Assembly: GCF_009914755.1 (NCBI RefSeq)
Contig: NC_060932.1
Strand: one strand, 5' to 3'
Length of the DNA stretch: 64,000 nt
DNA from: the human T2T-CHM13v2.0 reference genome, Homo sapiens
Program-made: the position numbers and the translations under genes
Notes under the pieces: model-generated
The model's input: the letters and a program-made list of their open reading frames with translations, nothing else
Databases searched by the model: none
Told to the model about the DNA's origin: nothing
In this document: positions 1 through 14,309 of the stretch, in pieces
Position numbering within the stretch: the first letter of the stretch is position 1
Layout: each line of letters begins with the position of its first letter

Positions 1-254
1 GGGTGGATCACAAGGTCAGGAGATCGAGACCATCCTGGCTAACACAGTGAAACCCTGTCTCTACTAAAAAAAAAATTACAAAAAAATTAGCCGGGCGTGG
101 TGGCGGGTGTCTGTCGTCCCAGCTACTCGGGAGGCTGAGGCAGGAGAATGGTGTGAACCGGGAGGCGGAGCTTGCAGGGAGCCGAGATCGCACCACTGCA
201 CTCCAGACCCGGTGACAGAGCGACACTCCTTCTGAAAAAAAAAAAAAAAAAAAA
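1..254 (+). mobile_element. AluY SINE (5' end cut by window edge)
   Basis: AluY diagnostics GGTCAGGAGATCGAGACCATCCTGGCTAACAC, GAGAATGG, GGAGCTTGCAG; poly-A tail ends at 254. Confidence 0.93.
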
Positions 255-1259
255 GAATTTGGAGCTGGGCTGGGATTAGACAAGAATTTGGGGAGATAGC
301 TGCCAATCCTTACACTCCCCACCCTTCTGGGGAGAGGCTGTTTCTAACCACCTCAAGCCTAGGTGAAGGGGCTTCCATGAGACCTCCTGGAAGGCTTGCA
401 GCATGTTCCCTGGATCACGGGAGACTCCATCGATTGATGTCTGGCTCACCCTGAGAAATTTAAAGGGCGAGAGATGGCGGCAGGCCAGTTGCGCCGAAGG
501 TGGAGTGAGACGAGGTGATCGCGTTGAGGGAGACTTGCTTTTCCCGAGTCTGTCAGGGCAAAGCATGTGTGAGTTTCCCATGGAGCAGAACTGGCCTGGG
601 AGGTGCGGCGCCAGATGCTAGGGGGTGAGGGAGAAGCAGTGGAGGAACGGTCAGAAGAGATGCATGCTCCCAGTCAGGCAAAGGCAGATAAGAGGCGGTT
701 GCTGCAAATTACCCATGAAGGAACCCATGAGGTGAGTCATCTGTCAACCCCAGATGGCTGGAACACCACCAGCGGAGTGAGTCTCTTCCCACCCGCTTCC
801 CTCCTCTCTTCTCCTCTTGCCCTGGCCAATCCTGGAGAAGCCAAGGGGTGGGGGGAGTATGGAGGGAAAATGGAAGCACCAGGTGAAGCAAATAGAGGCG
901 CACAGCCCCACAACCCCTTCTCACTGCAGGTGCCAGCCTAATGCAGCAAAGCTGGGAGAGGGAGGAAATTTTCATTTGCAATGTCGATGGGAGGATTTGG
1001 GTCCTTATCCTGGAATGGGCATATTAATTACCAATGGAGACTGGGTTTTTGTGGAAGAAGTAACTGGATCATGTTTTCTTAGATAAGGGCGACAAAAGAC
1101 GTCGTAGAACTTGCCCCACTTTTATTAAGGAGCAGAATAAATATTGCAGAACAAGCTTAACAAGACAGTGGGAGACCAAAAATACGATTCGTTTCTGTTG
1201 CATCCTACAAGTCCCTGCTTGTTCAATATGATGGTGTAATATATACACAATTTCCAAAA

Positions 1260-1545
1260 TTGGGATCATATGCTACATGGTATTCAAATCTTTTTTTTTC
1301 TCAAAGAATAATATATCATGAAGTTTTTCCCTTGGAAGAAAATATTCATCTACAAGTCGAACATACCACCATCTGGACATGCTGTAATTTATTTGCCCAA
1401 TATCGTATTCAATGTTTGCTCTTGCAAATCACACTAAAATCAAATATCCTATGCATAACTCTTTGTTTGATTTGACATATTTGATTCCTTCCTAAGGATA
1501 AATTCCAAGAAGTGGAATTGCTAGACTAATGGGTAGAAACCTTTT
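1260..1545 (-). mobile_element. Old L1M (L1ME-like) 3' fragment
   Basis: GGATAAATTCCAAGAAGTGGAATTGCT and neighbouring motifs typical of antisense L1M 3' regions; boundaries approximate. Confidence 0.5.
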
Positions 1546-1871
1546 TAAGGCTTTTTATCTCTATCATCAAAGAGGTGCAGGATCTCGAAACACGTTTTCA
1601 CTAAGTAGGACTGAGTTGTCCAGAAAAAGCCTGAAGAGGCTGGATACATCCTGCAGTCTGTGTAGCCCCACTCAGGTAGGCAGGGAAGTACGACGGTGAC
1701 TATCGAGGTTATTCCACAGCTATGTAAGGGTAGCGAGAATCGCACCTGACCAAGCCCACACTGTTTTTGCTACTATAAGACACACATACAGAATTCAAGT
1801 GATATTCACGAGAATAACACTTGTGTCGACGCATCTTTTCCTGACTCGCTCAAGGGGTTAATTTCTGGGGG

Positions 1872-2085
1872 AGGCAGCATGGAGAGTATGGTCAAGAGCA
1901 CGAATCCTGGAGTCAGACAGCTTGGCCTTAGCTCCACCATGGACTAAACATGTTACTGGAGCAAGTTACTTCTCTCTGTCCTGAGCTTCCTCATTCATAA
2001 ACCTTCCAAATTCAATTAATTCCTGAAAATGCCTAACCAAGTGCCTGGAATTCAGTACATGCTCAATAAGTGGTGTCATTAGTTG
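1872..2085 (+). mobile_element. MIR SINE
   Basis: CTGGAGTCAGACAG...GCAAGTTACTT...CTGAGCTTCCTCAT core, followed by GTGCCTGG...GCTCAATAA. Confidence 0.65.
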
Positions 2086-2131
2086 TCATTTTCTGGTCTT
2101 ATCAGAAGAACTGAAGCCAGATCAGCTAAAT

Positions 2132-2331
2132 CTGTGGTTCTCAGTTGGGAGTGATTTTGCCACACGGGGTATATTTGGCAATGTCTAGAGACATTTTTGA
2201 TTGTCACAGCATGGGAGGGAGGAGGTGCCACTGGTATCTAGTGGGTGGAGGCCGGGGACACTTCTTAACTTCCATGCACCAGAGAGACCCCCACAGCACA
2301 ATGTCAGTAGTGCTGAGTTTGAGAGTCCCTG
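2132..2331 (+). mobile_element. MER20 (hAT-Charlie DNA transposon)
   Basis: Matches MER20 consensus (GTGATTTTGCC...GGCAATGTCTAGAGACATTTTTG); 8-bp TSD AGCTAAAT/AGCTAAAC at 2124-2131 and 2332-2339. Confidence 0.88.
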
Positions 2332-2544
2332 AGCTAAACCATCCCTGGTGCTCACCTGAGTGCCAGCTCTCACATGCACATGAGCACTGCATTTCTCTTT
2401 TGTGCAATGACATTTCTGTGTGGCATTTCCCTCCCACTATCTCTGGGGTCACCTGGTATACTGAACAGGCAGGACTGGCCACATCCCCTGTCTAGCACTC
2501 ACAGTATGAGAGAATAGAGAGGAATCTAGTTACCAGGGGCATTC

Positions 2545-2870
2545 ACAGGCTTCTGCTACAATGATGCTGTATAGCAATTACAAATCTCTGAGGCGCACAA
2601 AATAAGCATTTATTTGTTGCTCATAGCTTTGAGAGGTGGTTTGGACAGTTTGGCTTCAGGTGATGGGTCAAGTTCAGATCTGCCCCACCTTCATGTTCAG
2701 AATGCATCTCATTCTGGAACCCAGGCTGAAAAAGACCCCAAGACTGTGGGTTCTTCCCATGGCAAAAGTCCCAGAAGGGCAAGAAGAAACAGCAGTGCCT
2801 CCTGAGGCTCAGAACTGGCACAGACCCTTCAGCCATGTTCCATTAGCCACAACCCATTTGTGGCCCCTGT
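2545..2870. mobile_element. Old MLT1-type MaLR LTR fragment
   Basis: AATAAGCATTTATTTGTTGCTCAT and CTCAGAACTGGCACA...CATTAGCCA motifs; subfamily uncertain. Confidence 0.5.
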
Positions 2871-3009
2871 TACCTACAGGATAACATGCACATGCCTTAG
2901 GCTGCACTCAATCCTTTATTAAAATCAAGTAGACTATAAATACATACGCTTTTTTTTCTTTTTGTCTGTAGCAGAACATAAAAAGCAGAACAAAAAAGCC
3001 TCATTGTTC

Positions 3010-3370
3010 ATCTCTGTCAAGTTCTGGCCAGTGATCAATAAGCAGAGATATTGTATGGAACATGCTGAATGGCATTGTCTCAGGGACAGGACAGGTCTTC
3101 TTCCATTTCTCCTTCCTGCTGCCTGGGATCCAGATGTAGTGGCAGGAATTTTAGCAGCCATTTTGGACCTTGAGGATGGAAAGTACACATGGTGGAGCAG
3201 AAAGCGTAAGGTTCTTGGATCTCTGATAATGCATGGAGCTGCCTTAGCAGCCCTGTACTTACTACCCATCTCCAAAATATTTTATATGAGACAACAGACT
3301 CTTGTATGTTTAAGGCTTTGGAGTCGAACCTCTCATTTATAAACAAACTTGATTTTAAAACATACCTCAA
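3010..3370 (+). mobile_element. Old MaLR/ERVL LTR fragment (MLT1/LTR33-like)
   Basis: GCAGCCATTTTGGACCTTGAGG motif and TGTTTAAG near the 3' end. Confidence 0.45.
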
Positions 3371-4535
3371 GGATTCCCTGAGTTCACTGGCTGAACACAC
3401 CTTCATTTCAGTGTGTTATACATTCACTTCCCTATCAGCAATGCTGATGTTCCCTACCCAGCCTAAAAGGACAGAATAAAAAGCCTCTCACATCCAGGTC
3501 AGTCTTTGCATTATGGCTGCCAGTCTCTTTCTTCCGAAAACTTGGGGGGTGGGGGAGGGAGAGATAAAGTTTTACCACCAAAGAAGTCACTAACGAAGTG
3601 CCAGGAAATTTTTATACATTCGATTACCAATCACCAGTAACAGGTGAATTCTATCATTTTTCTTCTGGGCAATATTAATGTTTTGCACTTTGAAACCAAA
3701 GTCCTTGAGCACAGCTGTTATCCTCCACTGCCTCTGGAAACTCCTCTACGGTTCACACGGAAGGCTACCCTTTACCTCCCACTCCCTCCCAAACCTTAGT
3801 GCTCACAGCCATCCTTTGTCCATTTCTGTCTATTTGATATATGCCAGTTCCTCTGGCTGCTGTCCAACTGCAGGGCTTCTGAGCTTAGCGTGAAAGCCCC
3901 CAAATGATCCTGCCCCACCCTCTCTACCAGAGTCCATGCATCAAGTCCTTTAATCAGTTACTGTAATTCCCCTTATCTACACCTGCCTCACACTAATCCA
4001 GTATCTCGGTGGAACAATGAGGCTTCCAAATAGAGGTAATTTCTTCCACTGCCCATTCTCTGCATGGCCAGTGAACTGACAGAGTCATAAAACAGGGCAG
4101 AGGTCGCAGAGTGCCTCCAGGGCAGTGATTTCCAGAGTGTTTTTATTTTAAACCTGGAACTCTTTGTTAACATGAAATCTTAGGTAAAGCCAAATATGCA
4201 AAGCGGTTAAAGACAGAGCCCTCCAAATGGAAGGGAGATGGTGGGAGCAAGTTTGGAGGGGACCCAGCCCCACTGCCGCCCCTCAGCAGTTTTGAAGGGA
4301 ACCCACAGAAACCCAAGTCTCTGAGTGGATGAATGCTCTTCGTTCTTCCCTCTACTTAAACGCTCCTCCCCCAGGGGTTTGCTCTGATCATTTCCTCATT
4401 CCAATCAAGTCTCTAGACAATGTCACCTTCCCTGGCCACTTATCTAAAGTAGCCCCCACTCCACATCACTCTCTATTCTTGCAGGCTGCATTAGTCTTGT
4501 GTCAGCTTGAGAATGGAATAAGAAATGTAAACCTT

Positions 4536-4844
<309 letters not shown>

Positions 4845-5229
4845 TTATTAGAGGAAACACATATGAGAAAATGAAGGGAGTGAACTGGGACTGGTTGGGA
4901 GAGCTGTCAAACTGCAGTGAAGATCTGCCTGTAAGTGAAGGAGAGAGGGAAGGAAAGGAGGGTGGGAGAGAGGAAGGATTTCAGACTAGAATACACTTCT
5001 ACAAAAATTCCAGCAAGCCCTTCAGAGAGTACTCAAGCCAAAGTTTCCCATCAAGAAATCCCAAGTCTGCCTCAGTGTCCCTGCCACACTGGGACATTGA
5101 GGGGAACCAGTCCCAGTGCAAACACAGTGGTGCATTCCCAAATGCAGCTGCCAAGGTTCTCAGTCACTTTCACACTCTGCACCATGAGATCCCAGAGGCT
5201 CATTCTCATGGCCACCAAAATTTTCCTTT

Positions 5230-5402
5230 ATAGTGCTTTCACTATCTGACATTATATTTAGTATTTATTTGTTTGTTATTGTCCCCAAGCTAAAATGTAA
5301 ACTCCATGCCGACAGGGGTGTGCCTGGCTTGTTCCCTACAGTATCCTCAGCTCCTAGAACAATATCTGGCAAATAAAAAGCAAATATCTGTTGGATGAAT
5401 GG
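5230..5402 (+). mobile_element. L2 LINE 3' end (probably continuous with L2 piece at about 4340-4480)
   Basis: AATGTAAACTCCATG...GTATCCTCAGCTCCTAGAACAATATCTGGCA...TGTTGGATGAATG terminus. Confidence 0.7.
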
Positions 5403-6080
5403 GCAGGTAGAGGGATGTTTTATGGGCTGCAAAGGAGTTATAACATGAAGAAAATAGTGTAAAGATCTCAGAGTTGTATTGTTAATCAAAAAGAAAAACG
5501 ACAGCATCTTTTCATCTTGGGAAACATCTTGGAGAAAGAACAGACTGCGGTTGAGACAGCTTCAGGAACGCTGCTGCCTCGGGGAAGAGACAGGATTCAC
5601 AAAAGTGAGGGCAATTCAGCCAAGAGCTTGAGTATATCAGGTTGTTGGTTGGTCAGGGTTGCAATTCATCCAGGCTGAGAGACTAAAATTTACTTTCCTG
5701 AAGCTAAAGGGAAGCCAGTGGCCATGAAAAACTGAAAATACAATATAATCTCCTCCTCTTTAGAAAACAGAGACAGAGACAGAGAGAGACTGGCCTTCTC
5801 TTGCATGTGATCATTAGTGATCTAGGTGTGATGCTATCCCCATAACATCCTTCACCCCGCCCCGCACAAACCCTCCACCCTGAGAGCACTGTTCTTTCAA
5901 ACTCTGAGATCTAGATCATGTGAAGATCTGATTCCACTACCTAAATTTCAGAGTCAGAAGATCTGAGAAGACTCAGACTTATGTTAACAAGTGTGTAGAA
6001 ACGTGAAAGAGGAATGTCTTCTCTGTGAGTCAATATTGGAAACTCAAGTGATTTTTTTCCCCTTTATTAAGAACAAAAGA

Positions 6081-6371
6081 GGTCAGGCGCAGTGACTCAT
6101 GCCTGTAATCCCAGCATTTGGGGAGGCCAAGGTGGGAGAAGCTAAGAATTTGAGACCAGCCTGAGCAACAGAGTGAGACCCACCCCCCATCTCCAAAAAA
6201 AAATTTTTTTTAATTAGCTGGGTGTGGTGGTGCACACCTGTAGTCCCAGCTACTCTGGAGGCTGAGGTGGGAGGACCGCTTGAGCCAGGAGGTGAAGGCT
6301 GCAGTGAGCCATGTTAGCACCACTGCACTCTACCCTGGATGACAGAGCAAGACCCTGTCTCAAAAAAAAAA
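6081..6371 (+). mobile_element. AluJ SINE
   Basis: J diagnostics (GGAGGACCGCTTGAGCC, AAGGCTGCAGTGAGCCATG, GACCCTGTCTC); 12-bp TSD AAGAACAAAAGA at 6069-6080 and 6372-6383. Confidence 0.92.
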
Positions 6372-7274
6372 AAGAACAAAAGAGCCCAAATGCCATATAA
6401 GAATGTCTGCTCTTAGTTTACAGAGCTTTCCAAAATACAAAGGCTTCCTTTGGTATGAAAAATTCAACAAATTTGTGTAACAAACCATAAAATTAAATGT
6501 ATATACTTGAAGGACTGGGACTGCCAAATAGATTCTTCAAAATGGCTTTGCCTTTTTGATTTGCTGCACCATTTTTAGCCAAAACTGGTGCAGTGCTCTA
6601 AATATCCCAACAAAATTGGAATCTCAAGACCTCCAAAAGGCTAATGGTGACCTCCAACTTTTAATAAAAGAGCTGAGGACCAAGGGAAGACCAAGAGGTT
6701 TGATGGATTCAAGATCATAAAAGCAGCATTAATTGTCTGACCCAGGGGAGGAGGTCAGAAAAGGGGCTGCAAGGATCACACCAAGAAAGGAGACAGGCCC
6801 AGCATGGATGAGGGGGACTGTAAGCACCTCATCATCCCTTGCGTTCTCTAACCAATGCACCACACTTTTATCTGACATACACGCTGGGCTTGGTAGTAAG
6901 CTTTCACATAAAGAAAAGTCTGAGTAAACAATTTGAGTAGCACTAGTCGATTCCACTGAGATGATGTAATACTTGTATCAGATTCTTCATTCCCATAAAT
7001 CCTGGGGTGTTAGTCATATAACATTGCCTGACATATTTTCCACTCCCCAACACTCAGGGGCTATCTCCAAAATGGGACAGATGTTATCTGGCACTCACCC
7101 TTTACTGGAGCTCTCAGTGGAAAAATTATGCAAAAAAAAAGTATTTCCGTGAACATTTACTGACTTCTGACTCTATGCTAGACCAGAGATTATAAGATCA
7201 TCTATCCCCACAAATAACTTACAGAATAATAGAAGAGAAAGTGCACAGGCAATGTGAACATTGCTGAATGCTGA

Positions 7275-7775
7275 ATCATTTAGAATGTGTTTGCCTGCAA
7301 GTAAGAGAATACCGCCCCCTCTCCCCGCCCACACACACACACAAAATGTGACTTAGGCATCAGGGGTTATTACTATATCTCACATATCCAAAAATCTGGG
7401 GGAGAATGTTCCCAGGTTGGTTCGGCAGTTCAGGAATGGCAGGGATCCAGTTCACCACCTCTATGATTCTCTTGGCTTTCCCCTCATAGCTTCAAGGTGG
7501 CTGCTGTAGCTCCAACCATCACATCCTCACAAAACTACGTCTAATGGCAGACATGAAAAAGATCACTCCTTTGTAGTCATGGAGGAAACTTCCCCAAGAA
7601 TTCCTTGGCAGATTTCCCATCTTATCTCTTTGAGAAGAATTAAATTACATCCCCAGACTTTAGCTATAAGGCAGGTTGGGAAAGAGAATATCAGGTGTTT
7701 TCAGCTTCGGTTGAGAGAGGCAAATTCTGCCAGCAAGTAAGCAGGAGGAGGAATGGTTGTAGGTGAGTAATCAAC
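7275..7775. mobile_element. Old MLT1-type LTR
   Basis: GCCTGCAAGTAAGAGAA...CAAGGTGGCTGCTGTAGCTCCAACCATCACATCCTCAC motifs. Confidence 0.6.
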
Positions 7776-7799
7776 ATGGTCTGCCGTATATGTCAGGGG

Positions 7800-8130
7800 C
7801 AATGACAGAGAGGCATAAAGCAGGCCATGAGAGCATGGAGGAGGGGCACCTGTCTCATCAAGAGGACACTTCCTGGAGCTGGTGACACCTGAGATGAATA
7901 TTAAAGAACAAATAGGATTTAGTGAGATGAAGATCATGATAGAAAGGATGGAGTGGGCCAAGGTCCCAGGTAAAGGGCCAACATGAGCAAAAGCATAGGA
8001 CTGTAACAGAACACGATGTGGGCACCAACTTAGTGTCACTACAGCATCTAATGACAGGAAACGAATATTGTGAAGTGTCAGAGGCCTGGTCACAAAGGCC
8101 TCCAGGGCTGTCTACCGGAGCTTAAACTTG
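7800..8130 (-). mobile_element. L2 fragment
   Basis: CTTCCTGGAGCTGGTGACACCTGAG...CAACATGAGCAAAAGCAT, typical antisense L2 3' region. Confidence 0.55.
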
Positions 8131-8139
8131 CAACATAAG

Positions 8140-8360
8140 CCAAAGCTTGCAAACTTGGAGGCTGGAGGCCAAATCCAACCTCCAGACATGTTCTGATTGG
8201 CAGGCACTTGGGGTTTGCATTCTGAGTATGAATGACTGGAGGCAGGGCATACTCCAGGGCTGAACACTTGGTCTCCCCCTTTCTATTATCTTACACCTGG
8301 ACTGTTTCCCTCAGTTATGCCATCAGCCTGCTCCCTTAAGGCTTTTGAGTTCACGCTCCT
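8140..8360 (+). mobile_element. hAT-Charlie element (MER102-like)
   Basis: TTGCAAACT...GGCCAAATCCAACCTCCAGACATGTT start and TTTGAGTTCACGCTCCTG end. Confidence 0.5.
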
Positions 8361-8494
8361 GAATAGGCTCCGGAGAGCCATTGAAAGATCTTACACAGAG
8401 CAATGGCACTACCTGTTCTGTATCTCATATCATTCCTTCTGGCAGCATCGGGTTGGAGTTATGAGATTGGAAATAGGAAGACTGAGTAGAGGTA

Positions 8495-9040
8495 TCTTTT
8501 TCAGGACTGTTGGTTGCAAGTGTCAGAAATCTTACTCAAACCTGCTTAAATTATTTAAAAAGATATGTTAGTTCCATAACTTTAGAGTCCAGGATAAGTT
8601 TAAGCCTCAAATATGGCTAGATCCAGGGGTAACATGATGACAATATGTCTCTCCATCCTGCTTTCCCATGTTTTGACTTTGTTCTCAGCCAGGCTCTCTG
8701 CTAATGGAGAACATGGTCCCTGGCAGCCCCAGACTACTGTGATCCTAAAAGTCAACTGTTGCCAAGAAAGAAGAATGTCTTTCCTGATAATTCTGACAAA
8801 AGTCCCAGGTTAAATGAGATGGCATGTGGAAGAATAAATAAATTAATAAATAAATAAACAAAAGTCTCATGGAAGACTCTGATTGGCCTGGCTAGGTCAT
8901 GTGACCATTCATAAGCTAAAACACAATGCTCATATAAGGAGAATGTATGGAACAGGACAAACAATCACCAGAGGATGGAACTCCAAGGATGTGAAAGGCT
9001 GAACAAAGGAAGAGAAATCTACGAAGAAAGGGTGGTCAGA
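8495..9040. mobile_element. Old MLT1-type LTR
   Basis: TTGGTTGCAAGTGTCAGAAA...CTCTGATTGGCCTGGCTAGGTCATGTG motifs. Confidence 0.55.
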
Positions 9041-9427
9041 GAATTAGGAATAGAATCAGAATCAAATGATATCCCAGACACAAGGAAAGAAATATTTAAC
9101 ACAAGTGGGCAACTCTTTCAAATTCAACTAAAGTATATTTCTTAAGTTTTTTATAAAAAACTGTGATGTATTGGATTGGTAAAATGTTAGAATTACTTTT
9201 GGTGGAGTTGTGGGCACTTGGGGCAGGTTGAGGAGTTGGCAATGGATTGAGGCATGCATAGAAAAAGTAGAAACAAAATTATAGATGACCTAAGAAATTT
9301 GGTTGAAAGAAACAGAAATAGAGAGGTTATAGAGAAAGAAACAGGATCAAGGTAAGATATTTTTGGTTGTAAAGTGTTTGAATTAGCAGGTGGGAAGGAA
9401 GCCTGAAAATAAAGAAAAGGGAGTTAC

Positions 9428-9734
9428 TTTTTAATTTTTTTATTATTTATTTAATTTTTTAGAGACAGGGTCTTGCTCTGTCACCCAGGCTGGAGTGCAG
9501 TGATGCAATCAAAGCTCACTACAGCCCCAACTTCCCAGGCTCAAGCAATCCTCTACCTCAGCCTCTAAAGTAGCTGGGACCACAGGTGTGCACTACCACA
9601 CCCAGCTAATTTTTTTTTTTAAGAGATGAGGTCTCACTATGTTGCCCAAGCTGGTCTCAAATTCCTGGGCTCAAGTGATCCTCCTGCCTCAGCCTCCCAA
9701 AGTGCTGGGACTACGTGAGCCACCACACTTGGTC
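9428..9734 (-). mobile_element. AluJ SINE
   Basis: T-rich tail, GAGACAGGGTCTTGCTCTGTCACCCAGG, GCTCAAGCAATCCTC, CTGGGCTCAAGTGATCC. Confidence 0.92.
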
Positions 9735-9907
9735 AACTATTTAAAAAGAAAGATTGAATTACAAATAAATATAACTACTAGAAGCATCAAGTCAAGATAC
9801 ATGGCAGTTGAAAATTTCTGAGGATTGTCTAAATTCCCGTTTATGATGTCTTTCACCTTTATGGTGATGGAAGAAATAGGAAGCCCTGCTAGCATCTGCT
9901 ACAGCTG

Positions 9908-10030
9908 TTCATTCATTCATTCATTGATTCACTCAACAAATGATTATGAAGCCACCACCTGGCCAGGCACCAGTCCAGGTGTTAGTGATCCAGCAGTGAA
10001 CAAAATTGACAAAAACCTGCTTCCATGGGT
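9908..10030 (-). mobile_element. L2 3' terminus
   Basis: (TTCA)n then CAACAAAT...GCCAGGCAC...CAGCAGTGAACAAAA. Confidence 0.7.
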
Positions 10031-10509
10031 AATAAATAACCCCTGACACTCGATTCCTTGCTCTCCCACCTTCCTACAGACCTGATCCATGCACTTGGCT
10101 TCCAGCTCTTTCTGGGCCCTACAGGCAGATGTACCCAGGATACCAGGTGCCATCTCTGGCAGCTGAAAGTTTGGTTCTCTGGATTGTTCCAAACTTCATT
10201 GCTTTTGCAAGCTGCTTACTCACCACCCGACAAAGGGTGAATAGTGAATACAGTCACATCTTTCTACGCTCACCATCTTTCTTCCCTTTTAGAACCTAGA
10301 GGAGGATAGAAAATAACAAAATTTTCCCCACCTGAAGCTGCCAGTAGAATTCCCAAAATAAGATTAACTTCTCTAGATGACTCACCTAAAAATCTCGCCA
10401 CACTTCTCTTGTGCTGCTGAGAAAACAACCAAAAGTAGCTATTATGCTGGAATGTAGGTGAAGATCAAAAGTGGACATCAAACTTGCCAGAAGCAGAGAG
10501 CAGGAAGAC

Positions 10510-10720
10510 TTGAAAATAGAGATTCTGGACTCAGACTACCCAGGTTCCAATCCTGGTGTCCTCACTTACCAGCTTTCAACACCGAAAAGGAGACGCAGAT
10601 GGAAATCCACCCTGCCCAAGAAGCAGCTTCCCACTGGAAAATGGTAATAAGAGTAATAATAGCAGGTGCATCAAATAGCTGTGAAAATGAGATGCAGTCA
10701 TTCATTAAAGTGCTCAGCAA
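10510..10720 (+). mobile_element. MIR fragment
   Basis: TCTGGACTCAGACTACCCAGGTTCCAATCCTGG...CACTTACCAGCT; AAAGTGCTCAGCA. Confidence 0.55.
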
Positions 10721-11566
10721 GGGGACCACGTGGGCGGAGGGCTGAGGTGAGGGTGCATTGCCATGTGGAAGTTGGGTACTACAGCCAGAATGCAAAAGGA
10801 TAAATCCAGTGTTCACTAAATAATACTGATAAATTTTCTTACCTAATACACTCTCCTTCTGACCCACTCAGCCTGAACATAGAGAGGCAGGAAGGTAAGA
10901 TTTCCCTGTCCACTTCAGAAACTGAGGTTAGTACAATTAGTTCTTCATTCTTCATGTCTGAGGCCCATTGGCTTCAAGAAAATCTATCTTTCTCTTAAAA
11001 ACAACTCACTGTAACCATTAGGTCAAAATTACAGCTAAAGATCGAGTTTCTGCAAAATGTCAAATAAAATGTCTTACCATTTGTGACAAACAGCTGTTGC
11101 CTTCTTCTCCACAATGGAATCAAAGGATCTTATCACCTTAAAGGAAAACGACTAAAGCAGAATTATTTTCCTTTTAATCTTTTTTCCCCTCCATGGAAAT
11201 TTACATAAGAAGGAGCTGTAATCCATTCCTTTCTGTGTGTCAGAAAATCTCCACTCTTGTGGTCTCCATGGCAGCAACTCCCAACCTGAGACAGAGGCTG
11301 TTTCACCCCACAGAGTGCATTGGACTTTTATCTGGTGAGTGCAATCAATGTAGACAAGCACATTGGATGACTCAAACTTGGGATTATTTCTGATTTTGAA
11401 TTCCGTGTGTGTTTTGGCTCTCTGTGTTGGTCAACAGTGCCAGATGAATTCAAGTCTGCCTGTTACTTTATGTTGTGGTGAAATGGCCTGATAAGCCCCC
11501 TGGCGTTTTGAATGCTGGCTCTCGCTCTACACCGATGATGAAGCATTTTCCAGGTTTCTAAGGGGG

Positions 11567-11653
11567 TGATGCAACTGACTCACTTTCCGGGTCAGTGGGG
11601 ACTTGCCCTCAAGCTGTTCTGGCAGCGGTGGGCCACTCTTTCTCAGCTTATCT
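11567..11653. promoter_or_regulatory. Candidate enhancer: ATF4/CEBP, AP-1, ETS, NF-kB-like and GATA motif cluster
   Basis: TGATGCAA 11567-11574, TGACTCA 11576-11582, CTTTCCGG 11583-11590, GGGGACTTGCCC 11597-11608, CTTATCT 11647-11653 in non-repeat DNA; motif evidence only. Confidence 0.35.
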
Positions 11654-11876
11654 TTTTGTGATGTCCTGAAACACACTCACCTGTGGCCACTGAATAGCGT
11701 TAAGCCCATGGTGGGTGAGCTATTGTGAAGCTGAATTAGCACACCCAAATGGGATTTAAACCCATGATCTGCCCTCGTGAGTGGGAACCGGTGGAGTGAC
11801 CGTGTCCGACGCTCTCAAGGCTAGGTCAGGCTTTTCTGAAATGGCCATTTAAAGCCTCCATTTGTTTCATGCTGTG

Positions 11877-13308
<1,432 letters not shown>

Positions 13309-13310
13309 AC

Positions 13311-13610
<300 letters not shown>

Positions 13611-13887
13611 TTACCAAAAGCCTCCTACTCATTATCATCTACTCATTCCTTCATTTATTCCCTTAATTATCCATTTATGATATTAAAGGCTATCCCTCTC
13701 AAAAAAAAAAAACTTAAACATTCAGCAGATCTTCCTTGTTTTATTCTCAAAACATTGCTGAGACCTGTCCTAGACCTGCCTGTGAGCCATCTGGACTCTT
13801 GTCTAACACTCGGTCTCCAATAGATGCGTCAAGGGTGGGTGTGATTGTTCTCTGTGGGTAGGGCAGTATCAAAAGCATCTTCAAGTC

Positions 13888-13951
13888 TCTGACCCATCAC
13901 TCACGAACATATCTGACCCATCACTCTTGACCCATCACTCATGAACATATC
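13888..13951. repeat. Short compound tandem duplication
   Basis: TGACCCATCACTC occurs at 13890, 13914 and 13928; copies 1 and 3 are followed by A(C/T)GAACATATC. Confidence 0.85.
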
Positions 13952-14009
13952 CAAATTCTTAAAGGACTTTATATTTTCAAACAGTGCTACTTCTAAAGGT
14001 AATAAATTC

Positions 14010-14309
14010 CATGCTAGGTACTCAGAGTGCTAATTCTAGGACTCTGAGAAGCTGAGGTGGGAGGATTATTTGAGGCCTGGAGTTCAAGATGAGCCTAGCA
14101 ACATAGTAAGACCCCTGTCTGTACAAAAAAAAAATCATTTTAATTAGCCAAGTGTGATGGTACACACCTGAAGTCCCAGCTACTTGGGAGGCTGAGACGG
14201 GAGGATTCCTTGAGCCCAGGAGTTTGAGGTTACAGTGAGTCACGATCATGCCACTGCACTCCAGACTGGGCAACAGAGAAAGACCCTGTCTCAAAAATAA
14301 ATAGATAAA
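14010..14309 (+). mobile_element. AluJ SINE (degenerate 5' end)
   Basis: GGAGGATTCCTTGAGCCCAGGAGTTTGAGG, GACCCTGTCTCAAAAATAAA. Confidence 0.85.

Noticed and set aside
3545-3560. G-quadruplex candidate GGGGGGTGGGGGAGGG
   Set aside because: It has only three separate G-runs and no supporting context.
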